Shown here: in pieces, positions 1-9,547 of the stretch
Layout: every line of letters begins with the position of its first letter
Position numbering within the stretch: the first letter of the stretch is position 1
DNA from: a virus
Taxonomy: Duplodnaviria; Caudoviricetes
Virus record (IMG/VR): IMGVR_UViG_3300045747_000144
Coordinates: 1-60,254 of that record
Reading direction: 5' to 3' (one strand)
Length of the DNA: 60,254 nucleotides
Translations under genes and position numbers: made by a program
Notes under the pieces: model-generated
What the model saw: only the letters and a program-made list of their open reading frames with translations
Told to the model about the DNA's origin: nothing
Databases searched by the model: none

Positions 1-1
1 T

Positions 2-313
2 AGGATTGGTGTGGCCTCTAAAAAGGATAAAAAACTATATCAGTCTTGTCATGTGTTACATAAGCGTGGAAAGTATTACATAACCCATTTTAAAGAAATG
101 TTTATGCTTGATGGTAAGGACTCAACCCTATCTGAGGATGATGTTCTAAGACGAAATACCATAGCTAATCTATTAGAAGAATGGGGTTTGTTGAGGGTTT
201 TAGATACAAGTAAGATTGCAGACAGAATGAATTTGTCTAATATCAAGGTGCTTGCATTTAAAGAAAAGGGGTCTTGGACACTAGAGTCTAAATATAATAT
301 AGGCCGTAAGTAA
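2..313 (+). CDS. regA: Translational repressor RegA, 5'-truncated by window edge
   Basis: Frame open from base 2: RIGVASKKDKKLYQSCHVLHKRGKYYITHFKEMFMLDGK...RRNTIANLLEEWGL...KYNIG matches the T4 RegA signature. Confidence 0.95.
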   Translation, partial: RIGVASKKDKKLYQSCHVLHKRGKYYITHFKEMFMLDGKDSTLSEDDVLRRNTIANLLEEWGLLRVLDTSKIADRMNLSNIKVLAFKEKGSWTLESKYNIGRK

Positions 314-339
314 TTGAATTTAACAATGAAGGAAAAGAA

Positions 340-507
340 ATGAACGAAAAATTGAAATTTGAATTTAGCGTAGAAGAAGCAAATACTGTTCTTAATGCGC
401 TAGCACAACTTCCATATACACAAGTTAGTGCACTCATTGACAATATCCGCACACAAGCTGCACCACAAGTGCAACCAGTTGAAAAAGTGGCAGCGGAACC
501 TGTCTAA
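340..507 (+). CDS. Small hypothetical protein (55 aa, not in ORF track)
   Basis: ATG after AAGGA; MNEKLKFEFSVEEANTVLNALAQLPYTQVSALIDNIRTQA... Confidence 0.7.
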   Translation: MNEKLKFEFSVEEANTVLNALAQLPYTQVSALIDNIRTQAAPQVQPVEKVAAEPV

Positions 508-512
508 AAAGA

Positions 513-589
513 ATTTGGGGTGGTCCCAAATAGTTGATGCCTTCGGGGTCAACTTAATTTAAATCTTGCTTTAATTAGGAGATAATATG
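513..589 (+). promoter_or_regulatory. ROSE-like RNA thermometer in hsp20 5' UTR
   Basis: Three consecutive hairpins; the last has UCUUGCU pairing with the SD AGGAGA with a bulged G, which is the ROSE signature. Confidence 0.7.
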
Positions 590-1057
590 ACATTAAAAGA
601 TCGTTTTACAACTAAAGATCTTCCACAACTTACATCATGGGTTGGTTTTGACCGCATGTGGGATGAATTGGAGAAAATCCAAACTCGTGCCACAAAGATG
701 ATCACTTACCCACCATATAATGTAAAGAAGGTAGATGAAAACCATTTTGTGATTGAGATGGCATTGGCCGGATTCGGCCCCAGTGACATTGATATTACTA
801 CCAAAGATGACCGATTGGTTATTAAGGGTGAAGTTAAACCAGATGATAAGGCACAGTACCTATATAAGGGAATTGCCGAAAGAGCATTTGAGCATAGTTT
901 CACATTGGCGGATTCTGTTGTAGTTAGAGAGGCCACCATGATCAACGGCATGTTGAAATTGTGGTTAGAACATTTTGTACCTGAAGAGAAGAAATCTAAA
1001 AAGATTCAAATAAATGCACAAAGCAGCGCAGGCACAAAACAGTTTATCCAGGACTGA
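587..1057 (+). CDS. hsp20: Small heat shock protein (Hsp20/IbpA family)
   Basis: VGFD...YPPYNV...IEMALAGF...YLYKGIAERAF...F.LAD...NGML...VPEEKK.KKI.I. Confidence 0.95.
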   Translation: MTLKDRFTTKDLPQLTSWVGFDRMWDELEKIQTRATKMITYPPYNVKKVDENHFVIEMALAGFGPSDIDITTKDDRLVIKGEVKPDDKAQYLYKGIAERAFEHSFTLADSVVVREATMINGMLKLWLEHFVPEEKKSKKIQINAQSSAGTKQFIQD

Positions 1058-1063
1058 TAACAA

Positions 1064-1086
1064 GTGGGGTCTATGACCCCATTTCT
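1064..1086 (+). terminator. Rho-independent terminator after hsp20
   Basis: GTGGGGTC-TAT-GACCCCAT stem followed by a short T run. Confidence 0.7.
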
Positions 1087-1092
1087 GTCTAT

Positions 1093-1305
1093 ATGATAGT
1101 CCTAAGCTTACCACACTTTAGTAGAGGCGGCTGGGGATTCAATATATCAGTAGTGGGTGGGGTCATTTTAATTGTTGCACATAATGAAGTTTTCTTTTAT
1201 ACTCAATGCATGTATTTCAAGACACGGGAAACCGCAAGTAATTGGATAAATTCGTTGATTATAGCAGAAAAGATTGGAGATAAACATGATGATGAGACTA
1301 GGTGA
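1093..1305 (+). CDS. Hypothetical protein
   Basis: 70 aa ORF between hsp20 and queE. Confidence 0.5.
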   Translation: MIVLSLPHFSRGGWGFNISVVGGVILIVAHNEVFFYTQCMYFKTRETASNWINSLIIAEKIGDKHDDETR

Positions 1306-2176
1306 ACCGATATTCCGTTCGGTACAAGGTGAAGGTAATAGAGCAGGTGTATTGAGTATTTGGGTCCGTCTATTCGGATGTAATCTCACTTGCGGTGGGT
1401 TTTTTCAGAAGGACCCAACATCACCAACAACATGGGAAGTACCTGTTGCACTAAATAATGGCAAGATATACAAGAACATCAATGATGTTCCCATCCTTCA
1501 TACAGGATGCGATTCTGGGTACAGTTGGCACCCCAATTTTAAACATCTGGCAATAGACACTGAGATGCATGATGCAGTCAATACAATTGACTCACTATTG
1601 TATGAGGGGCAGTGGCAGCACCCGTTGACACATAATTGGATTGACTTGTGCATTACTGGTGGTGAACCAATGATGCAACAACGTAAAATTATGGGGCTAA
1701 TCGCTGAATTGGAAGAACGCTATCATGTATTCTTTGGTGATTCAGGTGCTCCTACAGTCATTCAAATTGAAACCAATGGTACACGGTTACTTGAACCTGG
1801 ATTCCGCAAGTTTATTCGTGATAACTACATTGATATAAACTGGAACATATCACCAAAACTGTTTAATGTTTCGGGTGAGGTGGATAAAGTTGATTATGCA
1901 AACATTCGAGAATATCAAGACACTACACAATTAGGTCATCTTAAGTTTGTAGTTAATGATCGTGATGAGACATGGGATGAATTGAATAAGCATGTTGACA
2001 ATCTAAGGGATGCAGGTGTTCATCTTCCTGTTTATATAATGCCTGTGGGTGCAACTTATGAGCAACAGTCGGATACTAAAACGCTGTCAGCTATTGCAAA
2101 CCGAGCTATAGCGAACGGGTATCATGTTAGTGGCAGGCTTCACGCAATCCTATTTGGGAACGGAATCGGTACCTAA
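1286..2176 (+). CDS. queE: QueE-like radical SAM enzyme (7-carboxy-7-deazaguanine synthase family)
   Basis: F.SVQGEG...G...VRLFGCNLTC...CDS, ITGGEP, IETNGT, ISPKL, LKFVV, MPVG, RLH..LFGN; likely ATG at 1286 after GGAG. Confidence 0.85.
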   Translation: MMMRLGEPIFRSVQGEGNRAGVLSIWVRLFGCNLTCGGFFQKDPTSPTTWEVPVALNNGKIYKNINDVPILHTGCDSGYSWHPNFKHLAIDTEMHDAVNTIDSLLYEGQWQHPLTHNWIDLCITGGEPMMQQRKIMGLIAELEERYHVFFGDSGAPTVIQIETNGTRLLEPGFRKFIRDNYIDINWNISPKLFNVSGEVDKVDYANIREYQDTTQLGHLKFVVNDRDETWDELNKHVDNLRDAGVHLPVYIMPVGATYEQQSDTKTLSAIANRAIANGYHVSGRLHAILFGNGIGT

Positions 2177-2184
2177 CAGTGTAA

Positions 2185-2244
2185 AATCAACAGGTTACAT
2201 GCGCGTTTTGACATCAAAGTCCCCATAGTGCATAATACATCATA
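2185..2244 (+). promoter_or_regulatory. Early promoter cassette copy with upstream IHF-consensus site
   Basis: AATCAACAGGTTA (WATCAANNNNTTR) at 2185; TTGACA-TCAAAGTCCCCATAGTG-CATAAT at 2208. Confidence 0.75.
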
Positions 2245-2266
2245 AATTGAAATTTTAGGAGTTTGA

Positions 2267-3520
2267 ATGAATGATGTTGTGACAAAGGAAGAGATGAAAA
2301 CAAGAGTTTTCAAAGTTCCTGTGGGTTACGTGCAATATCTAGAGGTCAAGATCGCTGAATTGAATAAGAAGGCGGTTAAACTCGGAACAACCGAGAATCG
2401 CATTGTGCTTGGTGATGTTGTCACTATCAAAAACAAAAAAGAGCACGCTAATTCACCTGATACATTTACTGAATATCAGTTGTTGACAGTTGAGGGTGCT
2501 GCTCCCATGTTATCAGGATGGTCATTTATGGGTAAATTAGAACCCCATGAAGCAGGAACCATTGTGAAATCAATTCCCGGCCAAACTATCCCTCACAAGT
2601 TTTTCACATCGAACCCAATGCATTGTGAGCATTGCAAAACTAATCGTTACCGTAAGGAAACCTTTGTAGTTAAAAAGGGTAGTGATTATCTTCAAGTTGG
2701 TCGTGCGTGTCTCAAAGATTTTATGGGTCATGCATCACCTGAAAAGTTTGCAGCATGGGCAGAGATTCTGCAAAACCTCGAAGCTACAATCAGTGATTAT
2801 GAAAATGATAACTGGGGTGGTTCTCGTGTAGATTGGGTAGCAAATACAGTTGAAACAGTTGCATCAGCATTTTCAGCAATTCAACGTGATGGTTTTGTGG
2901 GAACTAATTATGAAGGTAATAAGGAGCCCACAAAGTATACTATGTCAAAGCATTTTAATCCCCCAACAGGATTAGATGCAAAGTATCATACACCATTGGT
3001 CGTAACTGATTCTCATACAGCCAGTGCAAAGTTGTGCATTGTGTGGATTCAGGATAAAGCAAAATCAAATAATGATGAGTTTTGGCAGAATCTTAACAAG
3101 TTTGTTTCTGTGCAAAACAATACTCATAAGGCATTCGGTTATCTTGCAGCAGCAGTTATGATGTATGAAAAGGAACAAGGTAATATTGCAGTTAAAGCAA
3201 AGATAACAGACGGTATTGTTGATTCTGTAATTGCTCCCGAGGGAACTAAAGTTACATTAGATGTGGAAATCATCAGTGCACATAAGTATCAACGCCAGGC
3301 ATATCATTACAATGATTCTGGGGTGAGTCAGATTTTGACAATGAAAACAAAAGGTGGCAATCTTATCAAAATGTTCACCACAAACCTGGTAGTTAAGGTC
3401 GGTGATGTTGTTGGGTTATCTGGAAAATTGGGGCGGTGCGAGAAAGAATCATTTGACAAGTCACCATTTAAAGGGATCTTCATTACAATGATGGCACCCA
3501 GAGCAAGATTACTTGCATAA
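2267..3520 (+). CDS. Conserved phage hypothetical protein (CxxC motif, possible C-terminal OB-like domain)
   Basis: 417 aa; CEHCKTNRYR...QVGRACLKDF. Confidence 0.7.
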   Translation: MNDVVTKEEMKTRVFKVPVGYVQYLEVKIAELNKKAVKLGTTENRIVLGDVVTIKNKKEHANSPDTFTEYQLLTVEGAAPMLSGWSFMGKLEPHEAGTIVKSIPGQTIPHKFFTSNPMHCEHCKTNRYRKETFVVKKGSDYLQVGRACLKDFMGHASPEKFAAWAEILQNLEATISDYENDNWGGSRVDWVANTVETVASAFSAIQRDGFVGTNYEGNKEPTKYTMSKHFNPPTGLDAKYHTPLVVTDSHTASAKLCIVWIQDKAKSNNDEFWQNLNKFVSVQNNTHKAFGYLAAAVMMYEKEQGNIAVKAKITDGIVDSVIAPEGTKVTLDVEIISAHKYQRQAYHYNDSGVSQILTMKTKGGNLIKMFTTNLVVKVGDVVGLSGKLGRCEKESFDKSPFKGIFITMMAPRARLLA

Positions 3521-3568
3521 TAAGGTTAGTTGTGCAATAATTGATTTATACAATGATAGGAATTTATA

Positions 3569-4828
3569 ATGAGCATTTTGCGTATTTTGAATGAGTTGGC
3601 ATCGGATAATTCACGATTAGCCAAAGAGGCTATTCTGAAAAGAGAACAGAATAACAAACTGTTACAGCGAGTAATCAAGGCAGCGTTTGACCCATTCATT
3701 AACTATTATGTCTTGAATGCAGAACCCGTTTCAAGTGCAAGTTCGGACTTATCTCTCGATGATATGTTCGACATTCTTCGTCGATTGTCAACCCGTGAGA
3801 TTACAGGCAATAAGGCTCGGGCACTAATCTGCAATACCAAAACACAATTGTCAGATTCAGATGGTGAAGTATTCTACCGAATCTTGCAACATGATCTTCG
3901 CTGTGGTATTGCAACAGCAACAATCAATAAGATTTGGCCAGGCACCATTCCAGTGTTTGATGTATGTTTGGCGCACAAAGATACGTCAGGGATTAAGTAT
4001 CCTGCATACGCACAAATCAAATATGATGGCGGACGATGCCATTTACATTTCGATGGTGTAAAAGCAACCGCATGGTCTAGGAATGGTAAGCAGATTGAAT
4101 TACATGGTGCATTAGATAATGATGCCAAAACGATCATGTCTACAGGTGATACATGGGATGGTGAGATTGTTTTCCGCAAATCTAATGGTTCATTACATGA
4201 TCGCAAAACCAGTAATGGTTTGTTCAATAAGGGAGTTAAAAACTCCATATCAGAATCAGAAGCAGCATTCGCAACATTCTTTGTGTGGGATAATGTAGAT
4301 TTCACAGAAACTATTCCATACGATAAGCGCCTTGAATCTATGGGTGATGTATCAACAACGACAATTAGAATTGCGGGTACTATCATTGTAAAGAATGAAC
4401 AAGAGGGATTAGATTTTTATGCCAAATGTTTAAGTGAGGGTGAGGAAGGTGCCATTCTAAAGAATAAGACATTTAAATGGCAACCTAAACGGATTAAAGA
4501 TATTGGTAAGATGAAAGCAGAAGAAGAGGCTGATGTTCTAGTTACCGGATGGTTTGCAGGTAAACCAGGTACCAAATATGAAGATGGTTTGGGTGGATTA
4601 GAATACACCACATCAGATAAGGTTATTGAGGGTAATGTGGGTAGTGGGTTTTCAGATGATATTAGGTTCGCAGGTGATTACGATTCATGGGTGGGAAAGA
4701 TTATAACAATTCGATATAATCAACGCATCAAATCATCTACAGATAAGAAAGAATCATTATTCCTGGCAAGGTATATTGAAACACGGTTAGATAAGGATAT
4801 TGCAAATAGTTCGGACGAATTAAAATGA
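3569..4828 (+). CDS. 30: ATP-dependent DNA ligase (gp30)
   Basis: KYDGGR adenylation motif, DGEI, EGAILK, VGSGFSD; T4 gp30-like N-terminus (NSRLAKEAIL). Confidence 0.95.
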   Translation: MSILRILNELASDNSRLAKEAILKREQNNKLLQRVIKAAFDPFINYYVLNAEPVSSASSDLSLDDMFDILRRLSTREITGNKARALICNTKTQLSDSDGEVFYRILQHDLRCGIATATINKIWPGTIPVFDVCLAHKDTSGIKYPAYAQIKYDGGRCHLHFDGVKATAWSRNGKQIELHGALDNDAKTIMSTGDTWDGEIVFRKSNGSLHDRKTSNGLFNKGVKNSISESEAAFATFFVWDNVDFTETIPYDKRLESMGDVSTTTIRIAGTIIVKNEQEGLDFYAKCLSEGEEGAILKNKTFKWQPKRIKDIGKMKAEEEADVLVTGWFAGKPGTKYEDGLGGLEYTTSDKVIEGNVGSGFSDDIRFAGDYDSWVGKIITIRYNQRIKSSTDKKESLFLARYIETRLDKDIANSSDELK

Positions 4829-5130
4829 AGTGTAAACAGGGACAACTGGCATTCATTAATAAGTCGTTGAGGACATCTAATATAGGTAAGATAGTTACCT
4901 GCATTAGGCACATGGGGCACTATTCCATTGGTGATAGGATTGTACTCAATGGTGAGACATGGTTGGCATATGATACTTATGACCATTGGTTAATTGGTGG
5001 CAACATCGAGACACAATATGGTATGTCTAAGGAGGCATATATTATGGATTCTTGATTAACCCCTATTGATCCTGGTGTGTTAGATGAGGAAGATTCGCAT
5101 AGTTTAACCGATGAATTGGAGACTGCATAA
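4825..5130 (+). CDS. Hypothetical protein with in-frame TGA at 5053 (nonsense lesion or read-through)
   Basis: Frame continues past the TGA as LTPIDPG...ETA to a TAA that overlaps the next ATG (TAATG). Confidence 0.55.
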
Positions 5131-5345
5131 TGGAAGTTAGTATTAATGGATTTACAGAGAATCAGGCAAAGCATGCCGATATTATATGGGCAATAGAATC
5201 ACAAGAAGAAGTTCAAGTGTATCTAAATGCTCTAGATGGTATAGATTGGATTGATGCAAACATTGCACTCAATATGATTTGTGCAGAGGCAATGGATTCT
5301 GTGGATAATTTAGAAGATGCCTCTGAGTTATTGGCAAAGTATTGA
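5130..5345 (+). CDS. Acidic hypothetical protein
   Basis: Translationally coupled ORF with GGAG SD. Confidence 0.65.
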   Translation: MEVSINGFTENQAKHADIIWAIESQEEVQVYLNALDGIDWIDANIALNMICAEAMDSVDNLEDASELLAKY

Positions 5346-5357
5346 AAAGGAGAAAGT

Positions 5358-5612
5358 ATGAAACAGATTTTAGTCATTGCGTCTATTTTGTTATTGACCG
5401 CTTGTGGTAAAGTAGATAATTTTGTAAACGGTGTAAAATCAGCAACGGGTAACTTAGATCGAACAGTTACTCTGTATAATGAAACTGGTGGTGTAATTAA
5501 GTCATGGAAGACATCCAATACTGTTGAGTATGTGGGTCCAGTTGCTGGGTTTATTGATAAAGACGGGACTAATGTCCGTGTATCTGGCACATTCATTATT
5601 GAAGGTAAGTAA
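5358..5612 (+). CDS. Putative lipoprotein
   Basis: Signal peptide with lipobox LLTAC. Confidence 0.7.
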   Translation: MKQILVIASILLLTACGKVDNFVNGVKSATGNLDRTVTLYNETGGVIKSWKTSNTVEYVGPVAGFIDKDGTNVRVSGTFIIEGK

Positions 5613-5854
5613 TGGCATACGAAGATATTGTCGTCAAAGTTCAGGAAGAGGTCGATTACATTCTTCCTGCTATTTGTGTTAATGGTATGATGACTATCAT
5701 GTCTGATATTGGTGCAATTTATATCACCAAAGAGCAGGCAATGCAATTCTTTGATCTTGTTGAAAATTCAAAGTATATTGAACAGCAAATGATGATTAGG
5801 ACATTATCTAGGGCTGCTACGATGAATTGGGAAAAGACAGTGCCAATGCATTAA
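5612..5854 (+). CDS. Hypothetical protein
   Basis: TAATG-coupled ORF. Confidence 0.6.
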   Translation: MAYEDIVVKVQEEVDYILPAICVNGMMTIMSDIGAIYITKEQAMQFFDLVENSKYIEQQMMIRTLSRAATMNWEKTVPMH

Positions 5855-5907
5855 AAGCTAAGATTATCAATTTTATTAAAACGGTTAGTTAACTTAAAGA
5901 GGTATAT

Positions 5908-6747
5908 ATGGGATTTTTGTTTATGACGATTGTGGTAGTTCTTATTGTGAGTGCATCACTATGGGTTATGGTTAATAGGAAATTCGGTGTGATTTCACTT
6001 GGTGTGGGAACAGTATTGGCAATTTTATTGAATTCCCTTACTATTATTAGTGCAGGGCATATTGGTGTACAATCAACATTCGGTGAAGTTAATATGGTGC
6101 CCATTCAAGAGGGTATTCATCTAGTTAATCCAATCAGTGCAATTAAGAATGTAGATGTTCGACTTGCAACAGCAACATTAGCTGCAGCTAATGCAGGAAC
6201 TAAAGATTTGCAAGTTGTGCATACTGATATTGTAGTTAACTACCGATTGGATCCTATTAGAGTTCCTTTCATCCTAAAGGAGTTTGGTATTGACGTAGAT
6301 GCAAAGATCCTAGGTCCGTCAATGAATGAGGCATTTAAGTCAGTTACTGGGCATTACAATTCAGAGGAACTAATCACCAAACGTGATGAAGTATCAGCCT
6401 CTATTCTAGAGCATGTTAAGGAAAAGGTTGCCCCATATAGTATCACAATCAATTCAGTTAGTTTAGTTAATTTTGCATTCTCACCAGAGTATCAAAAGGC
6501 AATTGAGTCTAAGGTTATTGCAACCCAGGCTGCATTGAAAGCAGAGCAGGACTTGCGTCGTGTTGAAATCGAAGCAAAGTCACGCATTGCCCAAGCAAAG
6601 GGTGAGGCAGAGGCTATCTCTATACAAGCACAGGCTATTCAAAGCTCAGGTGGGGCGCAGTATGTACAGTTGCAGGCAATTGAGAAGTGGAACGGTGCAT
6701 TGCCCACAATGATGAGTGGTGCAGTTCCATTCGTGAATGTTAAGTAG
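5908..6747 (+). CDS. SPFH/prohibitin (band 7) membrane protein
   Basis: Two N-terminal TM segments; AGHIGV, EGIHLVNP, TKDLQ, ELITKR, AIESK, AKGEAEA, IEKWNG. Confidence 0.9.
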   Translation: MGFLFMTIVVVLIVSASLWVMVNRKFGVISLGVGTVLAILLNSLTIISAGHIGVQSTFGEVNMVPIQEGIHLVNPISAIKNVDVRLATATLAAANAGTKDLQVVHTDIVVNYRLDPIRVPFILKEFGIDVDAKILGPSMNEAFKSVTGHYNSEELITKRDEVSASILEHVKEKVAPYSITINSVSLVNFAFSPEYQKAIESKVIATQAALKAEQDLRRVEIEAKSRIAQAKGEAEAISIQAQAIQSSGGAQYVQLQAIEKWNGALPTMMSGAVPFVNVK

Positions 6748-6755
6748 GATTTAAT

Positions 6756-6971
6756 ATGATGTTATGTAAAGATTGTGCTCATTTTAGAATGAATGATAAG
6801 TCGCTATATGCGTCAACTTGTACTCACCCAATATCTATCATTAGAATTGATGTTATCGACGGAAGGAAAGAATATGCCTTTTGTTATGACATGCGAGCAG
6901 AGGGCGGGCATTGTGACATTCCAGCAAAATTGTTTTTAGTAGATAAAGGAGTAAATATCCATGAACTATAG
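6756..6971 (+). CDS. Cys-rich hypothetical protein
   Basis: CKDCAHF...C...C...C. Confidence 0.6.
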   Translation: MMLCKDCAHFRMNDKSLYASTCTHPISIIRIDVIDGRKEYAFCYDMRAEGGHCDIPAKLFLVDKGVNIHEL

Positions 6972-7275
6972 TATAGAACTAGCAGGTGAAACTTATATCA
7001 GTCTTATGGACATGGATAACGGTGTAGATATCCATTTTTCATTATATCTTGGTGATGCAGAAGATCCTGCAGTATCAGAGTCCATGAGTTTTGGTGAGTT
7101 CCTAGATAAGTGGATTGAGGATACATCTATTCCAAGTAATCCAAGGACAATGAGGCAGATTCATAAAGATGAGGCATCTGCACCTTTATTGAAAATGATT
7201 GAGATCATTAATGAAAAATTGAAACTGATTGAGGATACACCATTGTGGGGAGGTTCGGATGAACAGGCACTATGA
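6961..7275 (+). CDS. Hypothetical protein
   Basis: AAGGAG SD; overlapping ORF. Confidence 0.6.
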   Translation: MNYSIELAGETYISLMDMDNGVDIHFSLYLGDAEDPAVSESMSFGEFLDKWIEDTSIPSNPRTMRQIHKDEASAPLLKMIEIINEKLKLIEDTPLWGGSDEQAL

Positions 7276-7759
7276 CAGATACTTAACTAGAAAGTATGCC
7301 CCTTTGTATAAGGATAGGCATGCGAGTATGTCTCAAACTTGTATGTGTTGGGGATTCTCTTGTGGTGATGGGTGGTTTAATATCATCAATACTTTGAGTG
7401 CTTCCCTATGTAACGACTGGTTAAATGCAAAAGATGCATATGATCTTATCAAAGATAAAGTGGGTGAAGTTAAAAGTCAGTGGTCAAAAGAGATAGTCAC
7501 AACAGAGATGATTGAGGCTGCTAAACTCAAGATGGACACTGAATATGATTTAGTTCCAACTGCAGTACAGGTTAAGGAAAAGTTTGGTGGTCTAAGGTTC
7601 TATACTAATGGAGCCACAGATATTCAGGATGCTTATATTACCTTTGCAGAGATGATTAGTGTTAGAACTTGTGAAGTATGTGGTAAACCAGGTAAGAGAA
7701 CTTCAGATGGCTGGATTAGGACATTGTGCAAAGAGCACATGGTGGGCAATACTGATTGA
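7259..7759 (+). CDS. Conserved phage hypothetical protein with zinc ribbon
   Basis: CGDGW, QVKEKFGGLRFY, TCEVCGKPG...LC..H. Confidence 0.75.
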   Translation: MNRHYDRYLTRKYAPLYKDRHASMSQTCMCWGFSCGDGWFNIINTLSASLCNDWLNAKDAYDLIKDKVGEVKSQWSKEIVTTEMIEAAKLKMDTEYDLVPTAVQVKEKFGGLRFYTNGATDIQDAYITFAEMISVRTCEVCGKPGKRTSDGWIRTLCKEHMVGNTD

Positions 7760-7784
7760 CAATAATAGTGTTTTTACTTATACT
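7756..7784 (+). promoter_or_regulatory. Sigma70-type promoter for the DNA polymerase
   Basis: TTGACA-17 bp-TATACT. Confidence 0.65.
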
Positions 7785-7803
7785 GTAATTACACAATGAA
7801 GGA

Positions 7804-8805
7804 GTGATATTGAAATTTTATACTAGTTGCCTGCCTTGGGGGAATAATATCCTATATCGAGGGATTGAAAATGGACGACATGTTCAGATGAAAGTCCCTT
7901 TCGCACCCACACTGTTTCTTAAATCTAATGACAAGAAATCAGAATGGAAATCATTAGACGGTACTGCAGTTGAACCCATGAGATTCGCTGAGATTCGTGA
8001 AGCCAAAGATTTTATCAAAAGATATGATGGTATTCAGGGATTTGAAGTATATGGTATGAATCAATGGCAATATCAATATCTGGGTGATGAATTCCCAGGT
8101 GATATTGATTATGACCTATCTGCCATGCGTATATGGTCTCTCGATATTGAAACTTGCGTATCTCAAGGATTTCCTGATATTGCAACTGCATCCGAAGAGA
8201 TACTTCTAATCTCAATTCAAGATAAAGCATCAAAAGAATTGATTGTTTTTGGTTCTAGGTCATACGAGAAAACAGAATCAGACAATTTCACATACCGTCT
8301 ATTTAAAGACGAAACTACAATGCTCAAGGCATTTATTGATTATTGGCACGACAATTACCCAGATATTGTTACAGGTTGGAATGTAGATCAGTTTGACTTC
8401 CCTTATATCATCAATAGGGTGATGAGGGTATTGGATGAAGATTGGGTAAAGAGATTGTCACCATGGGGTTTCATTAATGAAAGAAAGATAGAGATTCGTG
8501 GTAAAGATGTGCAAACCTATGACATCATGGGAATTGTTATTCTTGACTATATGGAACTCTATAAGAAGTTTACTCAGGGAACCAAGGAGAGTTATTCCCT
8601 TAAGTTTATATCAGCTGAGGAACTTCCCGCAGAGTCACAAAAACATGAATTATGGGGGTCGTTTAAGGAAAGTTATAATGGGGAATTCAGAGCATCCGCA
8701 GAGATATTTGATAAAAATAAAAATGATGAAATAGTCAAAGAATCATTTGAACGTGAAAAGATAATAAAGGAAATGGAACGTCGTGGTATTAAGTGGAATT
8801 TTTAG
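7804..8805 (+). CDS. 43: DNA polymerase B gp43, N-terminal part (N domain plus most of the 3'-5' exonuclease)
   Basis: ExoI LDIET, ExoII TGWNVDQFDFPY, LDYMELYKKF, ESYSL; ends in a 42 aa tail with no expected gp43 motifs. Confidence 0.92.
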   Translation: MILKFYTSCLPWGNNILYRGIENGRHVQMKVPFAPTLFLKSNDKKSEWKSLDGTAVEPMRFAEIREAKDFIKRYDGIQGFEVYGMNQWQYQYLGDEFPGDIDYDLSAMRIWSLDIETCVSQGFPDIATASEEILLISIQDKASKELIVFGSRSYEKTESDNFTYRLFKDETTMLKAFIDYWHDNYPDIVTGWNVDQFDFPYIINRVMRVLDEDWVKRLSPWGFINERKIEIRGKDVQTYDIMGIVILDYMELYKKFTQGTKESYSLKFISAEELPAESQKHELWGSFKESYNGEFRASAEIFDKNKNDEIVKESFEREKIIKEMERRGIKWNF

Positions 8806-9522
8806 GAACTAATTTCGACCGCATACCAACGTATAAAACACCTTTGTTCATTTTGAACTCTGCAGATGTGACCAGTTCATATGTGTTTTCTATTATGTTA
8901 TAAACGGTCATTGTACCTTTTTTGGATAAACTTATTGCTTTTCTGACGGACTCACGCTTACAATGGTGCGCGTCACCCTTAGACAACATAGTTAATTGAC
9001 GTTTTCTGATGACTTCTTTAGATTTTAGAATAGTAGAAGAAATTAGTTTTCCCTGGTCTGATAATTTTTGTTTATGTGTATCCGATCGGGTCAAACTTAG
9101 TGCTGATACTGACATTTTTTGTTTGGTCTTGTCACTATGCGTTCTTGTACCAACAGATAATTTTCTGGCAACTGAACACATTTTTCTGCCATAATCATAA
9201 AGATGAGAAGTTACTCTATATTGTTTTTCTCTATGATGATTTTTATTTGACATTTGATAAAAAGCATAGTTTGCTTTCATCTTATATAGTTTGTCTTCAA
9301 ACATTTTGGTTAGAAGTAGGTGACATAAGAAATGTTCTTTGGCTGTAAGTTTAACAATATTGTTTTTGTCTGTTTCACCACCCATGTGGAACGATTTAGG
9401 TAATATGTGGTGTAATTCACCGTACCCGTCTTTATATTTTGAATTTTGACATATATTTAAGTACCACTTATAATACTTGTTGTGGGTAGAGATGGAATCT
9501 AGTATAGTTTTGTATTTTGCAT
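8789..9522 (-). mobile_element. Free-standing HNH homing endonuclease between the gp43 halves; probable start ATG is out of frame
   Basis: Frame upstream of the tracked ATG reads KYYKWYLNIC...GYGELHHILPKSFHMGGETDKNNIVKLTAKEHFLCHLLL; NUMOD3-like HSDKTKQKMS repeats; ATG at 9522 is one base out of frame. Confidence 0.85.
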
Positions 9523-9547
9523 GATTTATTAAAATTGTGTTATTGAT

